Shown here in pieces: positions 1-8,217 of a stretch of 64,000 nucleotides of DNA (positions are counted from its first letter, which is position 1; every line of letters starts with the position of its first letter). The stretch spans positions 32,001 through 96,000 of IMG/VR virus record IMGVR_UViG_3300014775_001776. One strand, written 5' to 3'. The translations under genes were made by a program, and so were the position numbers. The notes beneath the pieces are model-generated. The model had not been told where the DNA came from. It saw only the letters and a list, made by a program, of their open reading frames with translations, and ran no database searches. The DNA is from a virus.

Positions 1-2
1 TT

Positions 3-1154
3 GACAGTCAAAATGGGGTCACAGATTTTTCTAATAGAAACAAAGTTGTGGGATTTAATGTAAATTTTGGTAACCAAAATCAAAGTATCTTTAAAAACAT
101 ATCAATTGATATGGCAACACAAAAAACCACTTCACAAGCAATAAAGGTTCAGGCAGATTTAGCTGAACAATATGCAGGACAGGAAGTTGCACAACAGTCA
201 CAAAGCTTATATAATTATTATAAGGCATTGGCTTTTGAATGTACCGTTGAGTGTCTAGGTAATGCTATGATACAACCAACGATGTACTTTTATTTATCAA
301 ATGTACCTATGTTTCATGGTACATATCTGATTGAAGAAGTAAATCATTCAATCACCCCAAATAACTTCATAACTACTTTTACTGGTGTTAGGGCTCCAAT
401 TTACAGATCACAACCACCAGATAAATTGGTATCTTCAGTAAATAGAGATTTGATAAAAAAATATAGAGATCAAGTAAGAAGTATTGATGGAAGTGAAACG
501 CAGCAAAATAACTCACCTGTCACCTCAGCAACTACTGAAAGTACTTCTGGATTAACTGCTGCTAATTCTAGTGAATGTCAAAATATCACAAAGTATGATG
601 AAAAAGTTTTTGTAGATGCTAAACAAAACGTAGACGAGATAACTGAGTCTGAAGTATTAAATTATGTTACCAGTAGAACAAACGATAATAATTTAATAAA
701 CTTTATAATGACTCTTTCTAAAGTAGAAAGTGACACATATAAAAATATATTTAATAATAACCTTTTTGGTATAAGGACAGATAAAATGTGGGGTGGTACA
801 TTAAGTGAGATTTTTAATGAACAATTTTGTGGTAGAGTTAATAATGTTAATATACCATATGCTGTCTTTGAAAATTATGAAGATAGTATAGATTTTATGG
901 TAATTGCATTTACATCATACTTTATATTATTCGATGAATATAAAAGAGCGGAAATAGCAAATACTAATTTACAAAGTGCAACAGTCCTCACAGATATTTG
1001 GTTTTCACAATGGTATTATTTAAATACGGGAGGAGATTACCCGAGTCAAATAGTACAGAACATAGATGAAATTTTAACTAATAATCCAGATTTAAAATCA
1101 ATATATGAACAATATAGAGATCTATTTTATGTTAGGTATTTTTCTATTGTTTAA
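3..1154 (+). CDS. C-terminal part of a baseplate hub-like (gp27/gpD/VgrG-type) protein with an appended GH73/lysozyme-like domain; 5' truncated by the window edge
   Basis: Frame is open from nt 3 (DSQNGVTDFSNRNKVVGF...), so the track start at 48 is not the real start. Hub-like end: CLGNAMIQPTMYF...GTYLIEEVNHSI...FITTFTGVR. Then a Thr/Ser linker and ES...NNLFGI...YAVFENYEDS, resembling GH73 glucosaminidases. Confidence 0.55.
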   Translation, partial: DSQNGVTDFSNRNKVVGFNVNFGNQNQSIFKNISIDMATQKTTSQAIKVQADLAEQYAGQEVAQQSQSLYNYYKALAFECTVECLGNAMIQPTMYFYLSNVPMFHGTYLIEEVNHSITPNNFITTFTGVRAPIYRSQPPDKLVSSVNRDLIKKYRDQVRSIDGSETQQNNSPVTSATTESTSGLTAANSSECQNITKYDEKVFVDAKQNVDEITESEVLNYVTSRTNDNNLINFIMTLSKVESDTYKNIFNNNLFGIRTDKMWGGTLSEIFNEQFCGRVNNVNIPYAVFENYEDSIDFMVIAFTSYFILFDEYKRAEIANTNLQSATVLTDIWFSQWYYLNTGGDYPSQIVQNIDEILTNNPDLKSIYEQYRDLFYVRYFSIV

Positions 1155-1173
1155 CTATTTCTAAAAAATTAGA

Positions 1174-1180
1174 TATTTAT
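1174..1180 (+). promoter_or_regulatory. TATTTAT putative phage late-promoter element
   Basis: Same heptamer recurs in the short intergenic gaps before nine genes; here 13 nt before ATG 1194. Confidence 0.55.
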
Positions 1181-1193
1181 TATAAAAAAGATC

Positions 1194-1418
1194 ATGGACA
1201 TTAAACAATTATTAGATAATTACTTGAATAAAAATACAAGAATTACTGAAAGAAATGCCGGACCTGGAGTAAAAGAAGTTTGTGACTTAGATACTGGTGA
1301 TTGTTATACTGTAAGAATGAAAGATGGTTTAATAGAAAGAATTGATAACAGTGCATATATCAATAAAACGTTGAAAGTAGAAACTAATACAGGTATAAAA
1401 ACTTTATTAAATGGATGA
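1194..1418 (+). CDS. Hypothetical protein, 74 aa (CDLDTGDC motif)
   Basis: ATG in an A-rich context, preceded by TATTTAT; stop overlaps the next start. Confidence 0.7.
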   Translation: MDIKQLLDNYLNKNTRITERNAGPGVKEVCDLDTGDCYTVRMKDGLIERIDNSAYINKTLKVETNTGIKTLLNG

Positions 1419-2020
1419 TAATGGATAAGAAACTAATTAGTGAAATAGAAAAGTTTAATAAAATTAAACAATATATTAAAGAACAAGAAGATGCTGTTGA
1501 ACCTGAGACTGAGGTGGATGATTTAGAAGTAAGTGATGATACAGGATCTGGAGAATTAGAACCTCTTGATGTTGACACAGATCCAGACGTTGAGGTTGTG
1601 GGTGGAGAATCTGATATGGTAGATGACACTAACGATAGTGGAACGGAGGAACTAGAAATCACAGATCTAGTTAATAGTCAAACAGATATACTTAACAAAT
1701 TAGGAAATCTTGATAATGTTATGGCATCCTTAGAAGCTTTAAATTCAAAGATTGGTGAAATAGACCAAATCATTAATAAAATTGATAATTTAGAAGCTAA
1801 AGTTGAAAAGTACAAACCAAAAAGTCCTGAACAGAAGTTAGAATTAAGAAGTTTAGATAGTTACCCATATAATCAAAAATTGACTGATTTTTTTAATGAT
1901 AAAGAACTAGAATTTGATAAATCAGGAAAAAGTGAGTATATTCTAACAAGTGATGAAGTAGAAAACTTTTCGGATATGGATATCAAAGACAGTTTTGATG
2001 ATGTCTTCGAAGAAGAATAA
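1415..2020 (+). CDS. Hypothetical acidic coiled-coil protein (start may be ATG 1421)
   Basis: Asp/Glu-rich disordered middle followed by a heptad-like segment (LEALNSKIGEIDQIINKIDNLEAKVEK). Confidence 0.75.
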   Translation: MIMDKKLISEIEKFNKIKQYIKEQEDAVEPETEVDDLEVSDDTGSGELEPLDVDTDPDVEVVGGESDMVDDTNDSGTEELEITDLVNSQTDILNKLGNLDNVMASLEALNSKIGEIDQIINKIDNLEAKVEKYKPKSPEQKLELRSLDSYPYNQKLTDFFNDKELEFDKSGKSEYILTSDEVENFSDMDIKDSFDDVFEEE

Positions 2021-2041
2021 AAAAATATAATATAAAAATTT

Positions 2042-2071
2042 AAATGGATAGTGATTTGACTATCCATTTTT
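2042..2071 (+). terminator. Putative intrinsic terminator hairpin
   Basis: AAATGGATAGT (2042-2052), loop GATTTG, ACTATCCATTT (2059-2069), running into a T tract, just after the 1415-2020 stop. Confidence 0.5.
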
Positions 2072-2083
2072 GTGCACTATATT
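2056..2083 (+). promoter_or_regulatory. Sigma70-like promoter candidate for the replication operon
   Basis: TTGACT (2056-2061), 16-nt spacer, TATATT (2078-2083), about 30 nt upstream of ATG 2113. Confidence 0.35.
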
Positions 2084-2112
2084 TTAAGAGAGTAAAAGAA
2101 AAAAAATTTATT

Positions 2113-2949
2113 ATGGCAAATGTTTTAGATTCAGTGTTGGCTCAGTATGAGAAAAACACACAAAAATCGGGAAAGAGTATGGTATCCCAGGAAGAAAGAA
2201 TGAAGAAATACTTCACAACCTATCTTCCTAAAAATACTAAATCAGGACAAAAAACAGTTAGAATTCTTCCAACTACTGACGGTTCTTCACCTTTTAAAGA
2301 AGTGTGGTATCACGAAGTGCAGGTTGATGGTAAATGGACTAAACTTTACGATCCTGATAAAAACGATAGTGAAAGATCACCATTGAATGAGGTTTATGAA
2401 GAACTCATGTCAACTGGAAAAGAATCGGATAGAGAACTCGCAAGACAATATAGAGCTAGAAAGTTTTATATTGTGAAAGTCATCGACCGAGATAACGAAG
2501 AGGATGGACCCAAATTCTGGAGATTTAAGGATAACTATAAACAAGAGGGAATTCTTGATAAAATCATCCCAATCTGGAGAAATAAGGGAGATATTACTGA
2601 TGTTGAAAAAGGTCGTGATTTGATTGTCGAATTGACAAAAGCAAAAACACCATCGGGTATTGAGTATACAGTTGTCCAAACAATTATGTATGATGACCCA
2701 ACTCCGTTGAGTGAAGATCAAAACTTGATGAGTGAGTGGACTAATGATGAAACTACTTGGGAAGATGTATATTCCAAAAAACCAGTAGAGTATCTTGAAG
2801 CAATAGCTAGAGGTGAAACACCAGTATGGAGTTCAGATCTTGGTAAGTATGTCTATGATGACAGTGATTCACAGATCACCGAAACAAAGGCTGTTGTTGA
2901 CAACACAGTTGAAAAAGATTTAGAGGTAGACGAAGAACTACCTTTCTAA
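2113..2949 (+). CDS. gp32-like single-stranded DNA-binding protein
   Basis: VRILP...PF...WYH, RKFYIVKVIDRD...GPKFW, DITDVEKGRDL motifs typical of gp32-type SSBs; acidic tail ending DEELPF. ATG 2113 (MANVLD) is preferred over the track start 2044, which lies inside the hairpin/promoter. Confidence 0.8.
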   Translation: MANVLDSVLAQYEKNTQKSGKSMVSQEERMKKYFTTYLPKNTKSGQKTVRILPTTDGSSPFKEVWYHEVQVDGKWTKLYDPDKNDSERSPLNEVYEELMSTGKESDRELARQYRARKFYIVKVIDRDNEEDGPKFWRFKDNYKQEGILDKIIPIWRNKGDITDVEKGRDLIVELTKAKTPSGIEYTVVQTIMYDDPTPLSEDQNLMSEWTNDETTWEDVYSKKPVEYLEAIARGETPVWSSDLGKYVYDDSDSQITETKAVVDNTVEKDLEVDEELPF

Positions 2950-2961
2950 TCTGAATTTTTT

Positions 2962-2989
2962 GGGGAGAGAAAGTCTCTCCCCTTTTTTT
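2962..2989 (+). terminator. Rho-independent terminator
   Basis: GGGGAGAGA-AAG-TCTCTCCCC followed by T7. Confidence 0.85.
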
Positions 2990-3006
2990 ATTTAATTAAT
3001 TTAAAA

Positions 3007-4005
3007 ATGGCAATTAAGAAAAAAGATTTTAAGTCGTTGAAGAAAAAATTTTCTTCTTCTGCGAAGTTTAAAGCACAGAGATTTTTAGATTTAGGATCTG
3101 AATTTTTGGATGCGGTTGGAGTTCCAGGACCTGCAATCGGACATTTGAATATGTTTTTGGGTCACTCAGATACTGGTAAAACAACTGCACTGGTAAAAGC
3201 CGCTGTTGATGCGCAAAAGAAGGACATACTTCCAGTTTTTATAATTACAGAACAAAAGTGGTCTTTTGATCATGCCAAGATTATGGGTTTTCAGTGTGAA
3301 GAAGTTGTAGATGAAGAGACTGGTGAATTGGAATGGGACGGATTCTTTTTATTCAATAATAACTTTGAGTATATTGAACAAATTACTGATTATATAAATC
3401 AACTCATTGATGCTCAAGATAAGGGTGAGTTGGAATATGATTTGTTGTTTTTGTGGGATTCTGTTGGATCGGTACCTTGCAAAATGACATATGATGGTAA
3501 GGGTGGAAAACAACATAATGCTGCGGTATTAGCGGATAAGATAGGTATGGGTATTAACCAGAGAATTTCAGGATCTAGAAGATCTGATTCAAAATACGAG
3601 AATACACTGGTTATCGTTAACCAACCATGGGTTGAGTTACCAGATAATCCATTTGGTCAACCTAAGATTAAAGCTAAGGGTGGTGAAGCTATTTGGTTGA
3701 ACTCATCTTTGGTTTTCTTATTTGGAAATCAAAAAGGTGCTGGTACGACTAAGATAACCGCAGTTAAGGATAAGAGAAAAGTTAAGTTTGCGTCTAGAAC
3801 TAAAATTTCTGTTATGAAAAATCATATTAATGGTTTAGGTTATGAGGATGGTAAAATTTTGGTTACCCCTCACGGATTTTTAGCGGGTAAAGACTCCACG
3901 GAGGAAAAGAAGTCCATTGAGCAATATAAATCAGAACAGTCTGAATACTGGAAAGATATTATTGGTATGGGTAGTGATTTTAGTTTAGTTGAGGAAAACG
4001 AATAA
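3007..4005 (+). CDS. recA: RecA/UvsX-like recombinase
   Basis: Walker A GHSDTGKTT, Walker B LFLWDSVG, IVNQ and KAKGGEAI RecA-family motifs, KNHING C-terminal motif. Confidence 0.85.
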   Translation: MAIKKKDFKSLKKKFSSSAKFKAQRFLDLGSEFLDAVGVPGPAIGHLNMFLGHSDTGKTTALVKAAVDAQKKDILPVFIITEQKWSFDHAKIMGFQCEEVVDEETGELEWDGFFLFNNNFEYIEQITDYINQLIDAQDKGELEYDLLFLWDSVGSVPCKMTYDGKGGKQHNAAVLADKIGMGINQRISGSRRSDSKYENTLVIVNQPWVELPDNPFGQPKIKAKGGEAIWLNSSLVFLFGNQKGAGTTKITAVKDKRKVKFASRTKISVMKNHINGLGYEDGKILVTPHGFLAGKDSTEEKKSIEQYKSEQSEYWKDIIGMGSDFSLVEENE

Positions 4006-4016
4006 ACTAAAAAATT

Positions 4017-5036
4017 GTGAACACACTTATAGTTGACGGAAATAATCTTTTTAAGATTGGGTTTCACGGCGTACGTGATTTCTATTTTAAAGGTAATCAT
4101 ATTGGTGGTTTATTTCACTTTCTTAATACACTTAGAAAGTTTTTAGATGAAAATCATTATGATAAGGTAATCGTATTTTGGGATGGTAAAAACAACTCTT
4201 CTAGAAGACAAAAAATATCTGAGACGTATAAGGGTAATAAAAGATCTGATAGTAGGTATAATGACCCTAAAATGGAGTCGTATGACTATCAGATGAATCG
4301 AGTGAAAGAGTACCTTGAAGAAATATTTGTTAGACAAGTACAGGTCGATGATTTAGAGAGTGATGATATGATTGCATACTATTGTCGGATATCCAATAAC
4401 GAAAATAAAACCATATTTTCATCTGATAAAGACTTAACACAACTTATTGGTGATAACGTTAGAGTATATTCACCCTTAGAACGAGTCTTTATCAGTAAAG
4501 ACGATAAAGTCAAGATTGATAAAATAGAAATTCCTCACTATAATGTTGTAACTTATAAAATTATTAGGGGTGATAGATCAGATAATGTTGACGGAATATA
4601 CAATTTAGGTGAAAAGAAGATCCTAAACTTCTTTCCCGAAATTGCAGAAGAAAAAGTTACTATAGAACAAATTTTACAAAAAACAAAGGAGTTATATGAA
4701 AAAAATCCAAAGAATAAAACACTAGAAAATATTTTGACCGGAAAGTCAAAAAGGGGTATCTTTGGTGAAGAATTTTTCACAAAAAACAAAAAGTTAGTTG
4801 ATTTAAAAACGGATTATTTAGAAACGGAAGAAAAGGAAGTATTAAATGAAATTTATAATGATGTTATAGATCCAGAAGATCGAGGTTATAAAAATCTTAT
4901 TAGGATGATGAAAGAAGACGGGATCTTCAAGTACCTACCAAAAGATGATAGATGGACGGACTTTATAACACCATTTTTGAAACTTACTAGAAAAGAAAAA
5001 AAGAAATTTAAAGAATTTAAAAATCAAAAATTATGA
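4017..5036 (+). CDS. 5'-3' exonuclease / flap endonuclease (Pol I N-terminal domain, T4 RNase H-like)
   Basis: LIVDGNN, VFWDG, YKGN, ESDDMIA, SSDKDLTQL and GDRSDNVDGI..LGEK (H3TH) motifs; GTG start. Confidence 0.9.
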   Translation: MNTLIVDGNNLFKIGFHGVRDFYFKGNHIGGLFHFLNTLRKFLDENHYDKVIVFWDGKNNSSRRQKISETYKGNKRSDSRYNDPKMESYDYQMNRVKEYLEEIFVRQVQVDDLESDDMIAYYCRISNNENKTIFSSDKDLTQLIGDNVRVYSPLERVFISKDDKVKIDKIEIPHYNVVTYKIIRGDRSDNVDGIYNLGEKKILNFFPEIAEEKVTIEQILQKTKELYEKNPKNKTLENILTGKSKRGIFGEEFFTKNKKLVDLKTDYLETEEKEVLNEIYNDVIDPEDRGYKNLIRMMKEDGIFKYLPKDDRWTDFITPFLKLTRKEKKKFKEFKNQKL

Positions 5037-5482
5037 AAGAAAAAAATGATTTAACAAAGTTGGAATTTGTACTCAAACTAAATGATAACATAGTTGTACA
5101 AAGATTTTTCAACGTAAAAAACTTTAACAGTGAATCAAGTAATAGTATTGAACTTTATGAATACATTAAAGAGTTGGGTATGATGTTACAAGAAAGGATG
5201 AAATATAAGACACACGATTATTTGAACGATAACTTATTTCAACTTATGGTTGATCCTACAGTTATTGAAACATCAAACACTGATGAAGATGAATATTTTT
5301 ACTTGATGGTAAATCAAGGTGATCAGACAATTTGTCAGAGATCATGGAACGCAAAATTGTACCCACCAAAGGTAAGATATACAGTTGACATACGTCCAGA
5401 AATAAAAAACATTCTTAAAAGTTTGTCTGACATTTTTTCAGATAAAAATATTAGTAATGTTTACATGGATTATACCCTTTGA
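5033..5482 (+). CDS. Hypothetical protein in the replication operon, 149 aa
   Basis: ATGA overlap with the upstream exonuclease stop; no recognised motif. Confidence 0.75.
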   Translation: MKEKNDLTKLEFVLKLNDNIVVQRFFNVKNFNSESSNSIELYEYIKELGMMLQERMKYKTHDYLNDNLFQLMVDPTVIETSNTDEDEYFYLMVNQGDQTICQRSWNAKLYPPKVRYTVDIRPEIKNILKSLSDIFSDKNISNVYMDYTL

Positions 5483-5488
5483 TCACTA

Positions 5489-5495
5489 TATTTAT
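5489..5495 (+). promoter_or_regulatory. TATTTAT element upstream of the helicase
   Basis: 24 nt before ATG 5520. Confidence 0.35.
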
Positions 5496-5519
5496 AATTT
5501 ACAATACTCCATAATTTAA

Positions 5520-6896
5520 ATGTCAGCTAATAAAAATTTCGGTTATTTAGGTAATAACTTTCAGATACAATTATTGAATAATATTCTTGTTACATCAGAT
5601 TTTGCAAATACAATAATAGATGTTATTGATCCAAAATATTTCGATAATAATTATTTTAGGCTGATTATGCAAATGATTAAGGAGTATTATGTAAAATATG
5701 AACACACACCTTCTTACAATACATTAGAACAAATTGCAAAATCAGAAATTACGTCAGACATTGCTAGAAAATTAGTTATAGATACTATAGGTAATATTAA
5801 AGAATGTCCCTCAGATGGTGATGTTTTTGTTCAAGAAAAATCTTTGAAGTTCTGTAAACAACAAGAACTTAAAAAAGTTATGAATAAAGCTCAAAATATT
5901 ATAGATAAAGGAGATTTTGAAAGCTATGATACACTTGAAGAAATGGTCCGAGGAGCACTTCAAGTGGGAGAGTCAGACAAAGGAACCTCAGACGTTTTTT
6001 TTAATTTAGACAATGTTTTAGAGGATGATTATAGACACCCAGTACCTATGGGTATTAAAGGTATAGACAACCTGTTAAAAGGTGGTCTAGCTAAAGGAGA
6101 GATAGGTGTAATATTGGCACCAACTGGTGTTGGTAAAACAACAGTACTGACAAAAATAGCTAATAATGCATTCAATCACGGATATAATGTCTTACAAATA
6201 TTTTTTGAAGACAACCCAAAAATTATTCAAAGAAAACATTTCACTATGTGGACTGGTATCGCACCTGACAACTTAAGTGATCACAAAGATAAGGTTCTGG
6301 ATAAGGTTAGAAATATTAAAGAGAATACTTCGAATTCATTAATTTTAAAAAAATTACCTTCTGACAGTCTAACGATGAATCAAATTAAAAATCAGATCAG
6401 AAAAATGATTGCTGAGGGTTTTAAAATTGATCTGGTCGTGTTGGATTATATCGATTGTATTAATCCTGATAAAGTTCTAAGTGATGAATGGAAAAGTGAG
6501 GGTTCCGTAATGAGAGGATTTGAGTCGATGTGTCATGAACTTAATATTGTTGGTTGGACAGCAACACAGGGTAATAGATCATCCATTTCATCGGATGTGG
6601 TTACAACAGATCAAATGGGAGGATCGATAAAAAAAGCACAAGTCGGACACGTTATCATTTCAGTTGCTAAAACACTTCAACAAAAAGAAATGAATTTAGC
6701 CACAATTGCTATTACTAAATCCAGAATTGGAAAAGATGGAATCATTTTCGAAAATTGTAAATTTGATAACGAGATGTTGGAAATTGACACTGATCAAAGT
6801 GTAACATTCCTAGGTATGGAAGAACAAAAGGAAGAAAGAAAAAGGGATAGGATTAAAGAGCTTATGGTCAAAAGAAAAGAAAGAGAAAATCAATAA
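5520..6896 (+). CDS. dnaB: DnaB-like replicative helicase (T4 gp41-like)
   Basis: GGLAKGEIGVILAPTGVGKTT (Walker A), LVVLDYID (Walker B), WTATQGNR, ITKSRIG. Confidence 0.9.
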   Translation: MSANKNFGYLGNNFQIQLLNNILVTSDFANTIIDVIDPKYFDNNYFRLIMQMIKEYYVKYEHTPSYNTLEQIAKSEITSDIARKLVIDTIGNIKECPSDGDVFVQEKSLKFCKQQELKKVMNKAQNIIDKGDFESYDTLEEMVRGALQVGESDKGTSDVFFNLDNVLEDDYRHPVPMGIKGIDNLLKGGLAKGEIGVILAPTGVGKTTVLTKIANNAFNHGYNVLQIFFEDNPKIIQRKHFTMWTGIAPDNLSDHKDKVLDKVRNIKENTSNSLILKKLPSDSLTMNQIKNQIRKMIAEGFKIDLVVLDYIDCINPDKVLSDEWKSEGSVMRGFESMCHELNIVGWTATQGNRSSISSDVVTTDQMGGSIKKAQVGHVIISVAKTLQQKEMNLATIAITKSRIGKDGIIFENCKFDNEMLEIDTDQSVTFLGMEEQKEERKRDRIKELMVKRKERENQ

Positions 6897-6917
6897 ATTA
6901 TAATAAATAAATTAACA

Positions 6918-8198
6918 ATGGAAGAACTATTAAATGTTATAAACAAGGATATTAGATATGTCATTAAAAGGACTGGGTCTAGAGTACCATTCAAAACCGA
7001 AAAAATTGAAAAGGCAATTTTAAAAGCGATGTCAGGTATTGATGCTGAAGATACTGAGATGGCTGAAAAGATTGCAAGGATATCAACTAAGGCTCTTTTT
7101 AGAAATGATAAAAATAGAGTACCTCATGTTGATGATGTACACGATATGGTCGAGAATAAACTCATGGATAATGGGTTAAATGACGTTGCTAAAGAATACA
7201 TTTTGTATAGAGCAACAAGAAGAAGAAATATATTCACAAAAAGGACAAATCTTAAACCATATGAATATCCGAACTTGAATGACTATGTAGATGCTATAAG
7301 ACACTCATATTGGGTTCATACAGAATTTAATTTTACTTCCGATATACAAGATTTCAAAGTCCATTTGAATGAAAAAGAAAGAACTGCTTTAGAAAGAGCA
7401 ATGTTAGCTATTTCTCAAATAGAAGTTGCGGTGAAAACATTTTGGGGTGACATTTATAAAAGAATGCCAAAACCTGAAATTGGTAATGTTGGTGCGACAT
7501 TTGCTGAATCTGAGGTACGTCATGCAGATGCTTACTCTCACTTGATTCAATTACTTGGTTTGAACAAAGAGTTCGAAAATCTGTTACATGTACCTGCAAT
7601 AAGAAGAAGAATTAAGTATTTAGAGAAATCAATAACAGGATCAAAAGCAGTTGAAAATAGAGAATATTTTGAATCTATTGTATTATTCTCGATGTTTGTT
7701 GAAAATGTATCATTGTTCTCACAATTCTTAGTTATAATGTCATTCAATAAACACAAAAATATGCTGAAAGGTATAAGTAACGCTGTTGAGGCAACCTCAA
7801 AAGAAGAAAATATACACGCAGAGTTTGGTTTTGAGTTAGTAAACTTAATTAAAGAAGAAAATCCAGAATGGTGGACTGAAGAATTAGTTGATGATTTAAT
7901 ATTAGCAACTAAAGAAGCATATGGTGCGGAATTAGAGATAGTTGATTGGATTTTTGAAAATGGTGACCTCGATTTCTTGACAAGAAAACAGACATTAGAA
8001 TTTATTAAAAATAGATTTAACCTATCTTTAAATGCTATTGGTATTGATAATATATTTGATGTTAACGATACTTTACTAGAAACTACTGAGTGGTTTGATG
8101 ATGAGATTTTAACTACGAAACATACGGACTTTTTCAATAAGAGAAGTATTAATTACAGTAAAAAATCAAAATCAATCACCTTGAACGATTTATTTTAA
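6918..8198 (+). CDS. nrdB: Class I ribonucleotide reductase beta subunit with an N-terminal ATP-cone (class Id-like)
   Basis: N-terminal VIKRTGSRVPF..EKI..AI.KA...VE..LM.....VAKEYILYR is an ATP-cone. Ferritin-like ligands QIEVAVK, ESEVRHADAY, VENVSLF, EENIH; C-terminal DFF.KRS..Y. Confidence 0.92.
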   Translation: MEELLNVINKDIRYVIKRTGSRVPFKTEKIEKAILKAMSGIDAEDTEMAEKIARISTKALFRNDKNRVPHVDDVHDMVENKLMDNGLNDVAKEYILYRATRRRNIFTKRTNLKPYEYPNLNDYVDAIRHSYWVHTEFNFTSDIQDFKVHLNEKERTALERAMLAISQIEVAVKTFWGDIYKRMPKPEIGNVGATFAESEVRHADAYSHLIQLLGLNKEFENLLHVPAIRRRIKYLEKSITGSKAVENREYFESIVLFSMFVENVSLFSQFLVIMSFNKHKNMLKGISNAVEATSKEENIHAEFGFELVNLIKEENPEWWTEELVDDLILATKEAYGAELEIVDWIFENGDLDFLTRKQTLEFIKNRFNLSLNAIGIDNIFDVNDTLLETTEWFDDEILTTKHTDFFNKRSINYSKKSKSITLNDLF

Positions 8199-8217
8199 TT
8201 AAAACTATATAAAAAAT

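Noticed and set aside
2044-2112. Track start of the SSB at 2044
   Set aside because: This ATG lies within the hairpin/promoter region; ATG 2113 has the A-rich context used by the other genes.
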